Source: Nitrospirota bacterium
GTDB lineage: Bacteria; Nitrospirota; UBA9217
Assembly: GCA_963796285.1 (NCBI GenBank)
Contig: CAWCKW010000003.1
Span: 224,001 to 288,000, forward strand
Direction of reading: 5' to 3'
DNA length: 64,000 nt
Under the pieces are notes generated by a model, which did no database searches, was not told where the DNA came from, and saw nothing but the letters and a program-made list of their open reading frames with translations. Of this stretch, positions 51,349 to 61,554 are shown in pieces. The position numbers were made by a program, and so were the translations under genes. Position 1 is the first letter of the stretch; each line of letters starts with the position of its first letter.

Positions 51349-52955
51349 ATGATGACGCTTGTAAGAAATAGACATACGGTTCTCATTGTTGCTCTGTTGA
51401 CGTCCGTCGTCCTGTTAACCTACGGCAACAGTGTCTTGAACGGTTTTGTCTGGGATGATCATGATATTATCGTCAACAATGAAGTAAACAGAGATATTAC
51501 CAATGCATCGAGTTTGTTTTCGAGCGCGGATTCGACGGTTTCAGGCAACCAGAAGGCCTACTACCGACCTCTCAACAGGTTGACATATCTTCTGGAATAT
51601 CAGATCTTTGGTTTGAACCCTTCCGGATATCACCTGCTAAGCGTTCTCATCCACCTTCTGGCGGTTCTTCTTCTCTATTTCGTGGCGCGGTTCCTTTTCA
51701 ATGACCCGGTTCCGGCATTCATTGCGGCATTGGTCTTTGCCGTTCATCCTGTCAATGCCGAGGCCGTCAACTTTATATCCGCCCGCAATAGCGTGTTGTG
51801 CGCGGCTTTTGTCCTCTCTGCAGTTCTTGCCTTCTTTTTCGCCGCACCACCCGTACAAAGCCGCTTTACTATCTGTCAGGGTTGCTTTTTTTTGCCGGGC
51901 TCCTCTGCAAGGAGCAGGCGATGATGCTTCCGCTGGTCCTTCTGGTTTATACGCTGACTCAGGACCGTCCCTCACGTCCAGGGAACCGCCAACTCGCGTT
52001 TTCGTTGATGCCGTTCGGTGTCGCTGCAACAGTATATCTTGCACTGCGGATGCATGCCCTGTCGGCCATGGTCGGGATCAGCCAGCCTCTGAGAGGGCTT
52101 GGCGAACGGCTGCTGCAAAACATCTACATTATTCCCAAATATGCTGCGATTATTCTTTACCCTGTTCATCTAAACGCCCTCTATGCAATCCCCTCGGACT
52201 ATCTTGCGAATCCACTGTGGCTCGTCCTTGCCTGGACCGCAATCATCGCGGCGTTCCTGCTGATTGATAAAAAATCTCGAGCCACCCGATTCGGGCTCAT
52301 CTGGGTTGCCGTTAACTTTATTCCAATCAGCAACATTATTCCAATCCCCAGTGCGCCGATGGCGGAGCGATACGTATATCTTCCGGCAATCGGATTGTGG
52401 ATCGTCGCAGCCGACCAGGTCTATAACGCGTATAAGCGTTTCACCTTCAAAAAGACGCTCGTGGCCGTCGGTACTTCACTGGCGCTCTGTTGCGCACTAC
52501 TGACGATCAATCGCAATTTTGACTGGAAGGATGACCTTCGCTTTTTTACGCGGATGACCGAAGCAAACCCCAATTCCGCCCTTGCGCACTTCAGCCTCGG
52601 CCTTGCCAGCCACGAACGGAATGATGTCCTGCACGCTCGGGAGGAATGGGAAAAGGCTGCGGCAATCGACCCACGACGGTTTCTCGTTTTTGGCCATCTT
52701 GGGGAAAGTTTCTTGATGTCAGGAGATATTGACCGCGCCGAATACTATTACCAGCGAGAAATAGAGACAAATCCGGATGATGCGGCCGCTCTCTATAATT
52801 TAGCGGTGATCAAGGATAAAATGAACAAGCCGGGGGAGGCGCAGCGGCTTTATGAACTCTTTCTCACGATCCAGCCGAACGCGGATGAGAATATTCGCGC
52901 CAAAGTTGCCGCAAAGATAACGCTTCTCAAAAAAAGAGTCGGGAACGGTAAATGA
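51349..52955 (+). CDS. TMTC-like GT-C + TPR (copy 6); frameshift near 51845
   Basis: FVWDD, YYRPL, HPVNAEAVNFISAR, CKE and AERYVYLP, the closest match here to the eukaryotic TMTC motif set; short TPR tail. Confidence 0.87.
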
Positions 52956-52968
52956 GAAATAAAGAACG

Positions 52969-54180
52969 CTAGGGGAAATTCTTCAGGTCAATCTGCGGTT
53001 CGACCGGGAAGCCGCTTTTTGGGTCACGATCAGCCATCCCTATCGCAAGGGTATATGTTTTTGATTGGCCCGGCTGTAATATTTGGGGTCCCCACTGAAG
53101 TCCTATGAATCTGGTATTGCTGGAAAGGGGTACTTTATTTTCGTTCATTTGCGGGAAATCATAGGGGCCGTTGGAAAAAAATACGAACGGATCTACATCG
53201 CTATACCATCTGATAAAATTGGCGGTGAAAGTAAAGTCATGATTCTCACCGATCGCATCATTGCCGAAGTCGAATAGTCCGGCTGAATGAAATTTTTTTG
53301 TATTGAGCCGGCCCTTATATTTATATATATAATTTGATACACCGTCCGACGCCCAGCCGACATTGCCGCCCGATGTCCCGTAGTTTCCCAACCATGGTTC
53401 ATCTCCATAGTCATAGTAATATGTCGCAGGCCGATCTCCGGTATTATCTATCCTAATCGAAAGAATGAAATAAGGCTCTCCGGCCTTGAAATACGCGTTT
53501 CTTTTAATGCTCAAAGGCACTTCATCGATGATAACTTCATGGCTGCTCTCTAAAATCAAGTCCTCGGCATTGTAATGGAGCACCCTGCTTCCGAGGAATT
53601 TCCATGAGGAAGGGAGTATTGCCTTAAGGTGGGAATCCGAGATCGCTTCATTGGCGTTGCACCAGATATGATACCACCTGGCACCGTCATAATATGCCAT
53701 CCCCGTTTCATTCATCTTTACCACCTTGTTTTCACGTACCTCTGCAGGCAGCCCTCCTCCCACGAAAAGACCGGAGACTTCCGCGCCACCGTCGTCAACA
53801 AACCTGCTGAAGCAAGTAAGTAACTGCTTTCCGCCGGGCAGGTGATTTCTTATGAAGCCATCGCCTTTTTTATCATTCCATTCATAATAGAGACAGGGCT
53901 TGTCAGCCGCACAAGCATTGGCCGGACCACTGAGGGGATGTTTCCACTCTTCCAGATCAATGCCCCAGATATAGCGCGGCTCTTGACCAAGATAAAGGTC
54001 GTCCTGCACCTCTAAAAGGGCGCCGTGCTCGGCCTTGAGCAGGAAAATGCCTTCATAATTCCCGGTAATGTTGAACCGTACTATCGTTATGACCGTAATT
54101 ACCAGAATTGCGATGAATCCGATAAAAAGTGTAAGTATTTTGGTCAACTTGGATGTGCGGCTATTGAATATGCGTAACAT
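52969..54180 (-). CDS. Hypothetical membrane-anchored periplasmic protein, beta-rich
   Basis: 403-aa ORF with an N-terminal TM and an aromatic/Gly-rich body; AAGGA RBS. Confidence 0.75.
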   Translation of the reverse strand: MLRIFNSRTSKLTKILTLFIGFIAILVITVITIVRFNITGNYEGIFLLKAEHGALLEVQDDLYLGQEPRYIWGIDLEEWKHPLSGPANACAADKPCLYYEWNDKKGDGFIRNHLPGGKQLLTCFSRFVDDGGAEVSGLFVGGGLPAEVRENKVVKMNETGMAYYDGARWYHIWCNANEAISDSHLKAILPSSWKFLGSRVLHYNAEDLILESSHEVIIDEVPLSIKRNAYFKAGEPYFILSIRIDNTGDRPATYYYDYGDEPWLGNYGTSGGNVGWASDGVSNYIYKYKGRLNTKKFHSAGLFDFGNDAIGENHDFTFTANFIRWYSDVDPFVFFSNGPYDFPQMNENKVPLSSNTRFIGLQWGPQILQPGQSKTYTLAIGMADRDPKSGFPVEPQIDLKNFP

Positions 54181-54520
54181 ATTGTATCCTTATTCAAAAC
54201 AGCGTCTTCAGTTCGAGATAGAAACAACATCACCGATTGCGGAGGAATGGCCCGTTCTCTAGGATCCACTATGCCGCCGCAAGGCGGTCAATAGGCACAT
54301 TTCTCAAATTTCGCTAATACCTCTATGTGGAGGAAATCCGAAGGTACTATGCGAAACTCCACAACGGTCACTTGCGCTGCTGAGTGTTGCCGGCAGTGCA
54401 GAAACCGCAAAGTACGGAGCATATTGCCTTTCAAAGCTCGGGCTCGACATGAAACAGTGTGTCCTCGATAATCCCGGTCAGATGCCGTACTTCTAATCTT
54501 TTCCCTTGCGGTTGCAGTCG

Positions 54521-56335
54521 TTACATGGAAGAAAACCCTCCCGATGCCAGCGCGCTACAGGCATCTTTGCTCCCCAAATCACAGGCTTTTCGAAAGTCAG
54601 ACAGGGCAAGGTCCCGCCTGTTTGTCCTGAGATAAAGAGTTGCGCGATTATAGTAGGCAATGTCCATATCCGGATTCAATTCGATGGCTCTATCGAAATC
54701 ATCCAGTGCCTTATCGGGCTGGCCGTTTTGGGAATAGATAACCCCTCGATTGTGGAAAGCTTCCGATCTATTCGGGTTTATGGCGAGAGAATCACTGTAG
54801 TACTCTATGGCTTTATCCTGTGCGCCGGCCCTGTGGTAGATGACTCCCAGATTAAAATACGCTTGATCATCACCCGGGTTCAAGGAAATTGTTTTCTGGT
54901 AGTCATCGACCGCCTTATCGATCCGTCCTGCTTTTTCATAACAAACTCCGCGGTTATTATACGCAAAGAATGCCCTTGCCGGATCTCTGTCAATGACATA
55001 CGTCCACAGTACTATCCCGTTCTTCCAGATGCCGATCTGTTCGTAGGTCACATATGACATAGCTGCACAAACCGCAAACGCGGCAGCAATGATGACACCC
55101 TTGACAGGAGCGCCCGTCCCTGTTCCGGCAAATGCGTGCTTTGCAATCCATGCTGCCGCCAAACCGACAAGGAAGAACGGAGCCAGGCTGGGTAAATAGG
55201 TAAACCGGTCCGCCATTGCCTGCGGCCCTACCTGCACGATGCCGAGTACGGGAAGGAGTGTGATAATGTAATAAGACCAGGCCGCCAGCCATAATCTATT
55301 GTTTTTCGCTTTAACAACACAGGCGATGGTAATTCCGATTACGAGCATAATCGAAGAAAGATACTTGAACGACAGAACAGTTGCTGCCGTCGGGTACGTG
55401 TAAACAGGGAGTAAATTAAGCGGCCATATCATCATCCCGAGATAAGCGATGAGAGAATGAGCGGAGACGATTGCACGCGTCGATAAGGGCACCATAGTTA
55501 TGGGGGCGATGGCACCGCCCGCTTTATGGGCGAGAAGGATAATGACCGACATGCCCAGACTTAATGCAATGAAGGGCACCTTCTCGACAATAGCCTTCCG
55601 AAATGCGGCAGAAGTTTTTATTTTTTGGAACGGATACCAGTCGAGGATCAGGAGAACCGCGGGCAGGGTAACCGCCATCGGCTTACTAAATAGGGCGAGG
55701 ATGAAAAAACCGATCGTGATGAGATAGTATTTGTCGAAAAACCGAAAGGACAACTCTTTGCGTGCCGCTCTGTGGCCTTCACCACGGACATAAGCCGTAT
55801 AGGAAATGATGCTGAGAAGGAAGAACAGGGCGCACAGGAGGTCCTTACGTTCCGCAACCCAGACAACCGATTCTACATGCAGAGGATGCAGACCGAACAA
55901 AACGCCGACGGTCCCTCCCGCTACCAGCATTTCCCGCTCGGAAAGGATTTTCGTCATCCCTTGTTTTAGTGACGTTTCGTTCCATGCATCGAGCAATCTT
56001 CTTGCGGTAATTACCACAAGAAAGGTATTCACCGCATGGAAAATATTGTTCACGAGATGATGGCCCCAGGGATTCAGGCCCCAGACGGCATAATCTACGG
56101 CATGGGATGTCCAGGTAAGGGGAGCCCAGTAGGATGCATAAAAATCAAAAAACAGCCATTTAAGGAAATTCAAATCAAATGAACGGATATGAACGTTATT
56201 GATGACATACAAATCATCATCCCAGTTAATGAAGTCATTCTGAAGAGATGACAGGTATGCGATAAATGTTATAAGTGCTATGGAAACTGCGAGATAAGTG
56301 GCTCTTCGCCTTGCTCTGATCACAACCAACCCCAA
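54521..56335 (-). CDS. TMTC-like GT-C + TPR (copy 7)
   Basis: FINWDDD, HPLHVESVVWVAERKD, SKPMAV, ADRFTYLPS; TPRs; ACDLGSKDAC tail. Confidence 0.9.
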   Translation of the reverse strand: MGLVVIRARRRATYLAVSIALITFIAYLSSLQNDFINWDDDLYVINNVHIRSFDLNFLKWLFFDFYASYWAPLTWTSHAVDYAVWGLNPWGHHLVNNIFHAVNTFLVVITARRLLDAWNETSLKQGMTKILSEREMLVAGGTVGVLFGLHPLHVESVVWVAERKDLLCALFFLLSIISYTAYVRGEGHRAARKELSFRFFDKYYLITIGFFILALFSKPMAVTLPAVLLILDWYPFQKIKTSAAFRKAIVEKVPFIALSLGMSVIILLAHKAGGAIAPITMVPLSTRAIVSAHSLIAYLGMMIWPLNLLPVYTYPTAATVLSFKYLSSIMLVIGITIACVVKAKNNRLWLAAWSYYIITLLPVLGIVQVGPQAMADRFTYLPSLAPFFLVGLAAAWIAKHAFAGTGTGAPVKGVIIAAAFAVCAAMSYVTYEQIGIWKNGIVLWTYVIDRDPARAFFAYNNRGVCYEKAGRIDKAVDDYQKTISLNPGDDQAYFNLGVIYHRAGAQDKAIEYYSDSLAINPNRSEAFHNRGVIYSQNGQPDKALDDFDRAIELNPDMDIAYYNRATLYLRTNRRDLALSDFRKACDLGSKDACSALASGGFSSM

Positions 56336-56604
56336 GAATTTCAGAAAATTACGTTCCCGATCCGGCGCGAATTATCGCGTTATTATACCCTTTTTAGGAT
56401 ATTTCAACCACAAATTCCTCATGCAATAACTGTCGATAACAAGGCTCGTACCCGCACATTGTTGTGAAAACAGCCCGATACGGGAGTTAAGTCTCCAATT
56501 AGCCGGACCAGGCAGCTATAGGCGTTATAAGTTGTAAGGTGAACTGCCGCATTGGGGAAAAGCGATAGAGGGTAATTGCCTCTGGCATGTGTGTGCGGGA
56601 ATGC

Positions 56605-57786
56605 TCAGTCTTTTGGATGACATTTATTGCAGAGGCCCTTCTGATAGCTGGCAAACAGGGTAACTGGCCTGTCATAGTATGCCATCTGTGTCTCAGCCTC
56701 GGTGCGCCCCTGCGCATTCCTCTGAGGCGAACCATTATTGATTCCGGGGTAAACACCTTTATGCACGATGAACTCCGATGCCATGTTCCATCGTGCCATA
56801 TGGTCCCAGGCAGAAGCGTGTGCCCTATGACAGGTGAGACACATCACATTGGAACCATAACCGGGACCCATGGTGTAGGTGCCGTCGTTTTTTGCATGCT
56901 GCCCGAGGACCGATCTGTCGTCAGTACCTTCCTCAAAGGGAACCAGCGAGGTGTACGAACTATCACTTTTCCCATTGATGTCTCCTGATTTCACATATGC
57001 GTTGTAATTGGAAATGATCTCATTCGTACACTGGGCGCTATTGCAGACAGGGTGTCCGTATGCTCCTGTACAACCATTCGCGTGGCAATTTGAGCACCAT
57101 TCAGACATCCCCCTGCCATACGCTACCCTCGTGTCTGTTGCCGCCTCAGACCTGTTGTAATCACGCGGTGCAACAGCAACAGGTGCATCAGCGGTGAAAA
57201 CCATCCCTGGCGCTAAACTCGTTTTATAGCCAATCCCACCCAAAAGACGATACGCACTATTGGCAATTTTCCCATGCGGATCATGGCAGCTGATACAGGA
57301 AAGTGCGCTACTGGGATAAATTCCACCTGGCGTTATGCTATATGTACTATCTGCTCCATACCCATAGTCTGCCGCAACAATATTATGTCCATGCCGTTCT
57401 CCGGGGCTGTTCCCTGTAGATCCTGATTCTCTCCAGGAGTAGCTCTTTTTTAAATAGCCGAAGTCTCCGCCGGGAGTCAGCTGTGAGGGCGGTATACCCG
57501 CTCCTAAATCGTGGTCATTGGTTGCGATGTAATGGCCGGTGGGTCTCCGGGTACCTATCGGTGCTTGATGGCATCGAAGACAGGTAGAGCTTGCATCGGA
57601 CCCCCGTAACGAGCCCTTCGCGTCTTGATGACATTCCTTGCACTCTCCAGCCCCTCCTGAATGAAAGGCTTCCCCCGCGCGGACCAGACAAAGAGTAAGG
57701 AAGAAGACCATGATAAAGACCATGCATGATCTAACGCCATGCTCCATCCTGCTCTTCGAAAATCGAAATAACAAGTTCATGCTCAC
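56605..57786 (-). CDS. OmcS-family hexaheme cytochrome (copy 3), intact, lacking His16
   Basis: GEA|FHSGGAGECKECH, CLRCH, QLTPGGDFGYLKK, GERHGHNIVAADY, CISCHDPHG, YNRSEAATDTRVAYGRGMSEWCSNCH, CLTCHRAHAS, YQKGLCNKCHPKD. Confidence 0.95.
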   Translation of the reverse strand: MSMNLLFRFSKSRMEHGVRSCMVFIMVFFLTLCLVRAGEAFHSGGAGECKECHQDAKGSLRGSDASSTCLRCHQAPIGTRRPTGHYIATNDHDLGAGIPPSQLTPGGDFGYLKKSYSWRESGSTGNSPGERHGHNIVAADYGYGADSTYSITPGGIYPSSALSCISCHDPHGKIANSAYRLLGGIGYKTSLAPGMVFTADAPVAVAPRDYNRSEAATDTRVAYGRGMSEWCSNCHANGCTGAYGHPVCNSAQCTNEIISNYNAYVKSGDINGKSDSSYTSLVPFEEGTDDRSVLGQHAKNDGTYTMGPGYGSNVMCLTCHRAHASAWDHMARWNMASEFIVHKGVYPGINNGSPQRNAQGRTEAETQMAYYDRPVTLFASYQKGLCNKCHPKD

Positions 57787-57825
57787 TTTCTATCCGGTTA
57801 TCCTTGCTCCACCTGAAAATGCCTC

Positions 57826-57875
57826 TCACCAAAGCTCCCCCCCTCGATGGGGGAGGAATATAAAGGTGGGGGTGA
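57826..57875. repeat. Short palindromic REP-like element
   Basis: tcacc..ctccccccctcgatgggggagg..ggtgggggtga; the related ccctcccctctcaaggggagg occurs at about 61214-61234. Confidence 0.5.
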
Positions 57876-58127
57876 TACTACGAAGACCGAGCTATGGCCG
57901 ATTTTCATCTTCCTAATGTGACTACCACTCATGGACGATTCATTAAGCAGGTTTACCTCACGTGAGTATTGAAAATCCTCTCGATTATCCCGGATAATGA
58001 TATCAATTTACTTGAGCTATTGCAAGCCACTTCTTTACTATAATATTGACCCTTGCACTATTGAAAAACTTTTGTTAAAGTACACTAAATGATAATTGAA
58101 ACGACGTAGAAAAAAAGGAGGGATAGT

Positions 58128-58700
58128 ATGGCGTTTACCACACAGAGAAATTACCGTCTGCTTCTCTATGCTAAAACGTTTGGGATCGTTTTAGTCGGCG
58201 CTGCAATTGCCGGATGGGGAGTGTTCTGGTCGTTCCCTGCGGGTCTTGGCGAAGGCTATCATAACGCACTGGCCGCGGTGCAGGCGATCCGGAACGTGCT
58301 CTTTTGGAAGATTGCAACAGTCTATGCCGTTATCGGCATCCCCTGCATTGCAGCGATAGCACTGCTTCACCTGTTCTATTCCCACCGCATTGCCGGCCCG
58401 GTATACCGTATCGGCCTTGTGGCAGCCAGGATCGCACAGGGCGACCTGTCCGGAAAGATTACATTTCGCCCGAAGGACAGCCTTGCGGACATGGCGGATA
58501 TACTGAATGATGTGGCATCGCAGTACCGGGGGCGCATCGGTGCTGTCAAGGAGTACCTTGCCGTCATTGATGTACAGTCAAAAACAATGTCCGACCTCAT
58601 GCAGCAGGGTAAGGATGGTGCTGCGCTCAAACAGGCCGTGGAAAAAATAACGAACAACGTAAAAAATATCGAGCGCAGTCTCTCGGAGATGAGAACATAA
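58128..58700 (+). CDS. Two-TM HAMP-domain protein without an output domain
   Basis: AAGGAGG RBS; YSHRIAGPVYRI...IAQGDLSGKITFRPKD. Confidence 0.82.
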   Translation: MAFTTQRNYRLLLYAKTFGIVLVGAAIAGWGVFWSFPAGLGEGYHNALAAVQAIRNVLFWKIATVYAVIGIPCIAAIALLHLFYSHRIAGPVYRIGLVAARIAQGDLSGKITFRPKDSLADMADILNDVASQYRGRIGAVKEYLAVIDVQSKTMSDLMQQGKDGAALKQAVEKITNNVKNIERSLSEMRT

Positions 58701-58720
58701 CAACAGGGAGGGAGGCAGGC

Positions 58721-59302
58721 ATGCGGATTAATATTAGAAAAAAGTACTTTATTAAAAAAGATTTCCAATCGCGGTTCATGCTGAGATTTGTTGTCATTGC
58801 AATCGTCTGGGCAACAGCCACGGCCATGCTGTTTTCCTACCTGGCGGGAAAAAAGCTTGATGAAGTGCGCTATTCATCTCACATCGACAGTAAAACAATA
58901 AGCGAACTGCTCATGCCCATTACGTTTGCCGCTCAGGTGGTCTCTCTGCTGATATTCGCCGGTATCCTGGCCTATACCATCAATTCGCTTTGGAAGAGGC
59001 TTTCCCCGCCGCTCTATTCCCTTAAAAAGGACATTGCGAGAATTGCCGGCGGCGATCTTATGAGTGAGGTCAGTCTCAGTTCAGACGAAGAGTTCCAGGA
59101 CCTGGCCGTGGACCTGGACAGTATGCGTTCCGGACTTCGGGAAAAAATTGTCCAGCTCAAGGAACAGCAGCGGAAACTGTCCGCTGCGGCTGACGAACTG
59201 AGCAGATCAACGCTCGAGGGGAAACCGTCGTTGACTCCTTCGGCCTCGCTCCAGGCTGCCGTGGAGCGGATGAAAGCGGCTGCCGATGTCTTCCATTATT
59301 GA
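58721..59302 (+). CDS. Two-TM HAMP-domain protein without an output domain
   Basis: RKKYFIKKDFQSRF N-terminus; PLYSL...IAGGDL...DEEFQDLA. Confidence 0.82.
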   Translation: MRINIRKKYFIKKDFQSRFMLRFVVIAIVWATATAMLFSYLAGKKLDEVRYSSHIDSKTISELLMPITFAAQVVSLLIFAGILAYTINSLWKRLSPPLYSLKKDIARIAGGDLMSEVSLSSDEEFQDLAVDLDSMRSGLREKIVQLKEQQRKLSAAADELSRSTLEGKPSLTPSASLQAAVERMKAAADVFHY

Positions 59303-59511
59303 TCCTCATTGAACTCCAGGCCCTTGCAGAGAGAACTGCTGCCCGATGAACCCGAGTCCTCATGTGCATTCGGATGATGCTTCCCATGCCTGCTGGAGTG
59401 TTTCTCCCTTCACCCGCTTTTCCCGACAAACCTGCTTTTACCTATTGACACACCGCCACAATACAGTGTACAAAAGAGCCTACTATTTTCACGAAGGGAA
59501 TGAGAACGACT

Positions 59512-61195
<1,684 letters not shown>

Positions 61196-61299
61196 TACAA
61201 CGACAAACGCATCCCCTCCCCTCTCAAGGGGAGGTAACAGGGATAAACCTAACCCGGACAAGCCGGAACCAATTAGTCAAAACCGAAATGCGTCTCACG

Positions 61300-61480
61300 T
61301 ACCCTGCTCTTGCGATAACGCGGGCACAAGCAAAGCCATACCCTGCTGTTGCCAAGGCGCGGGCACAGGCAAAGGACGCCAAGAAAATCTTTTGGTCTTG
61401 GTTTAAAAAAACTAATAATTTAGCATTTCTTTGCGAGCTTGGCGTCTCAGTGTGGCCCTCTTCTTGGCCATTGCGCGAAA
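61300..61480. repeat. Composite REP-like element with a tandem ~39-bp duplication
   Basis: accctgctcttgcgataacgcgggcacaagcaaag / accctgctgttgccaaggcgcgggcacaggcaaag, then gacgccaagaaa...tttctttgcgagcttggcgtc. Confidence 0.6.
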
Positions 61481-61554
61481 TATTCTTGCTGTTAACGCAA
61501 AATTGTACCTGACCACGAAGCCCGTCAATCGTGGAAAGATTTTCTGTTCTGCTG

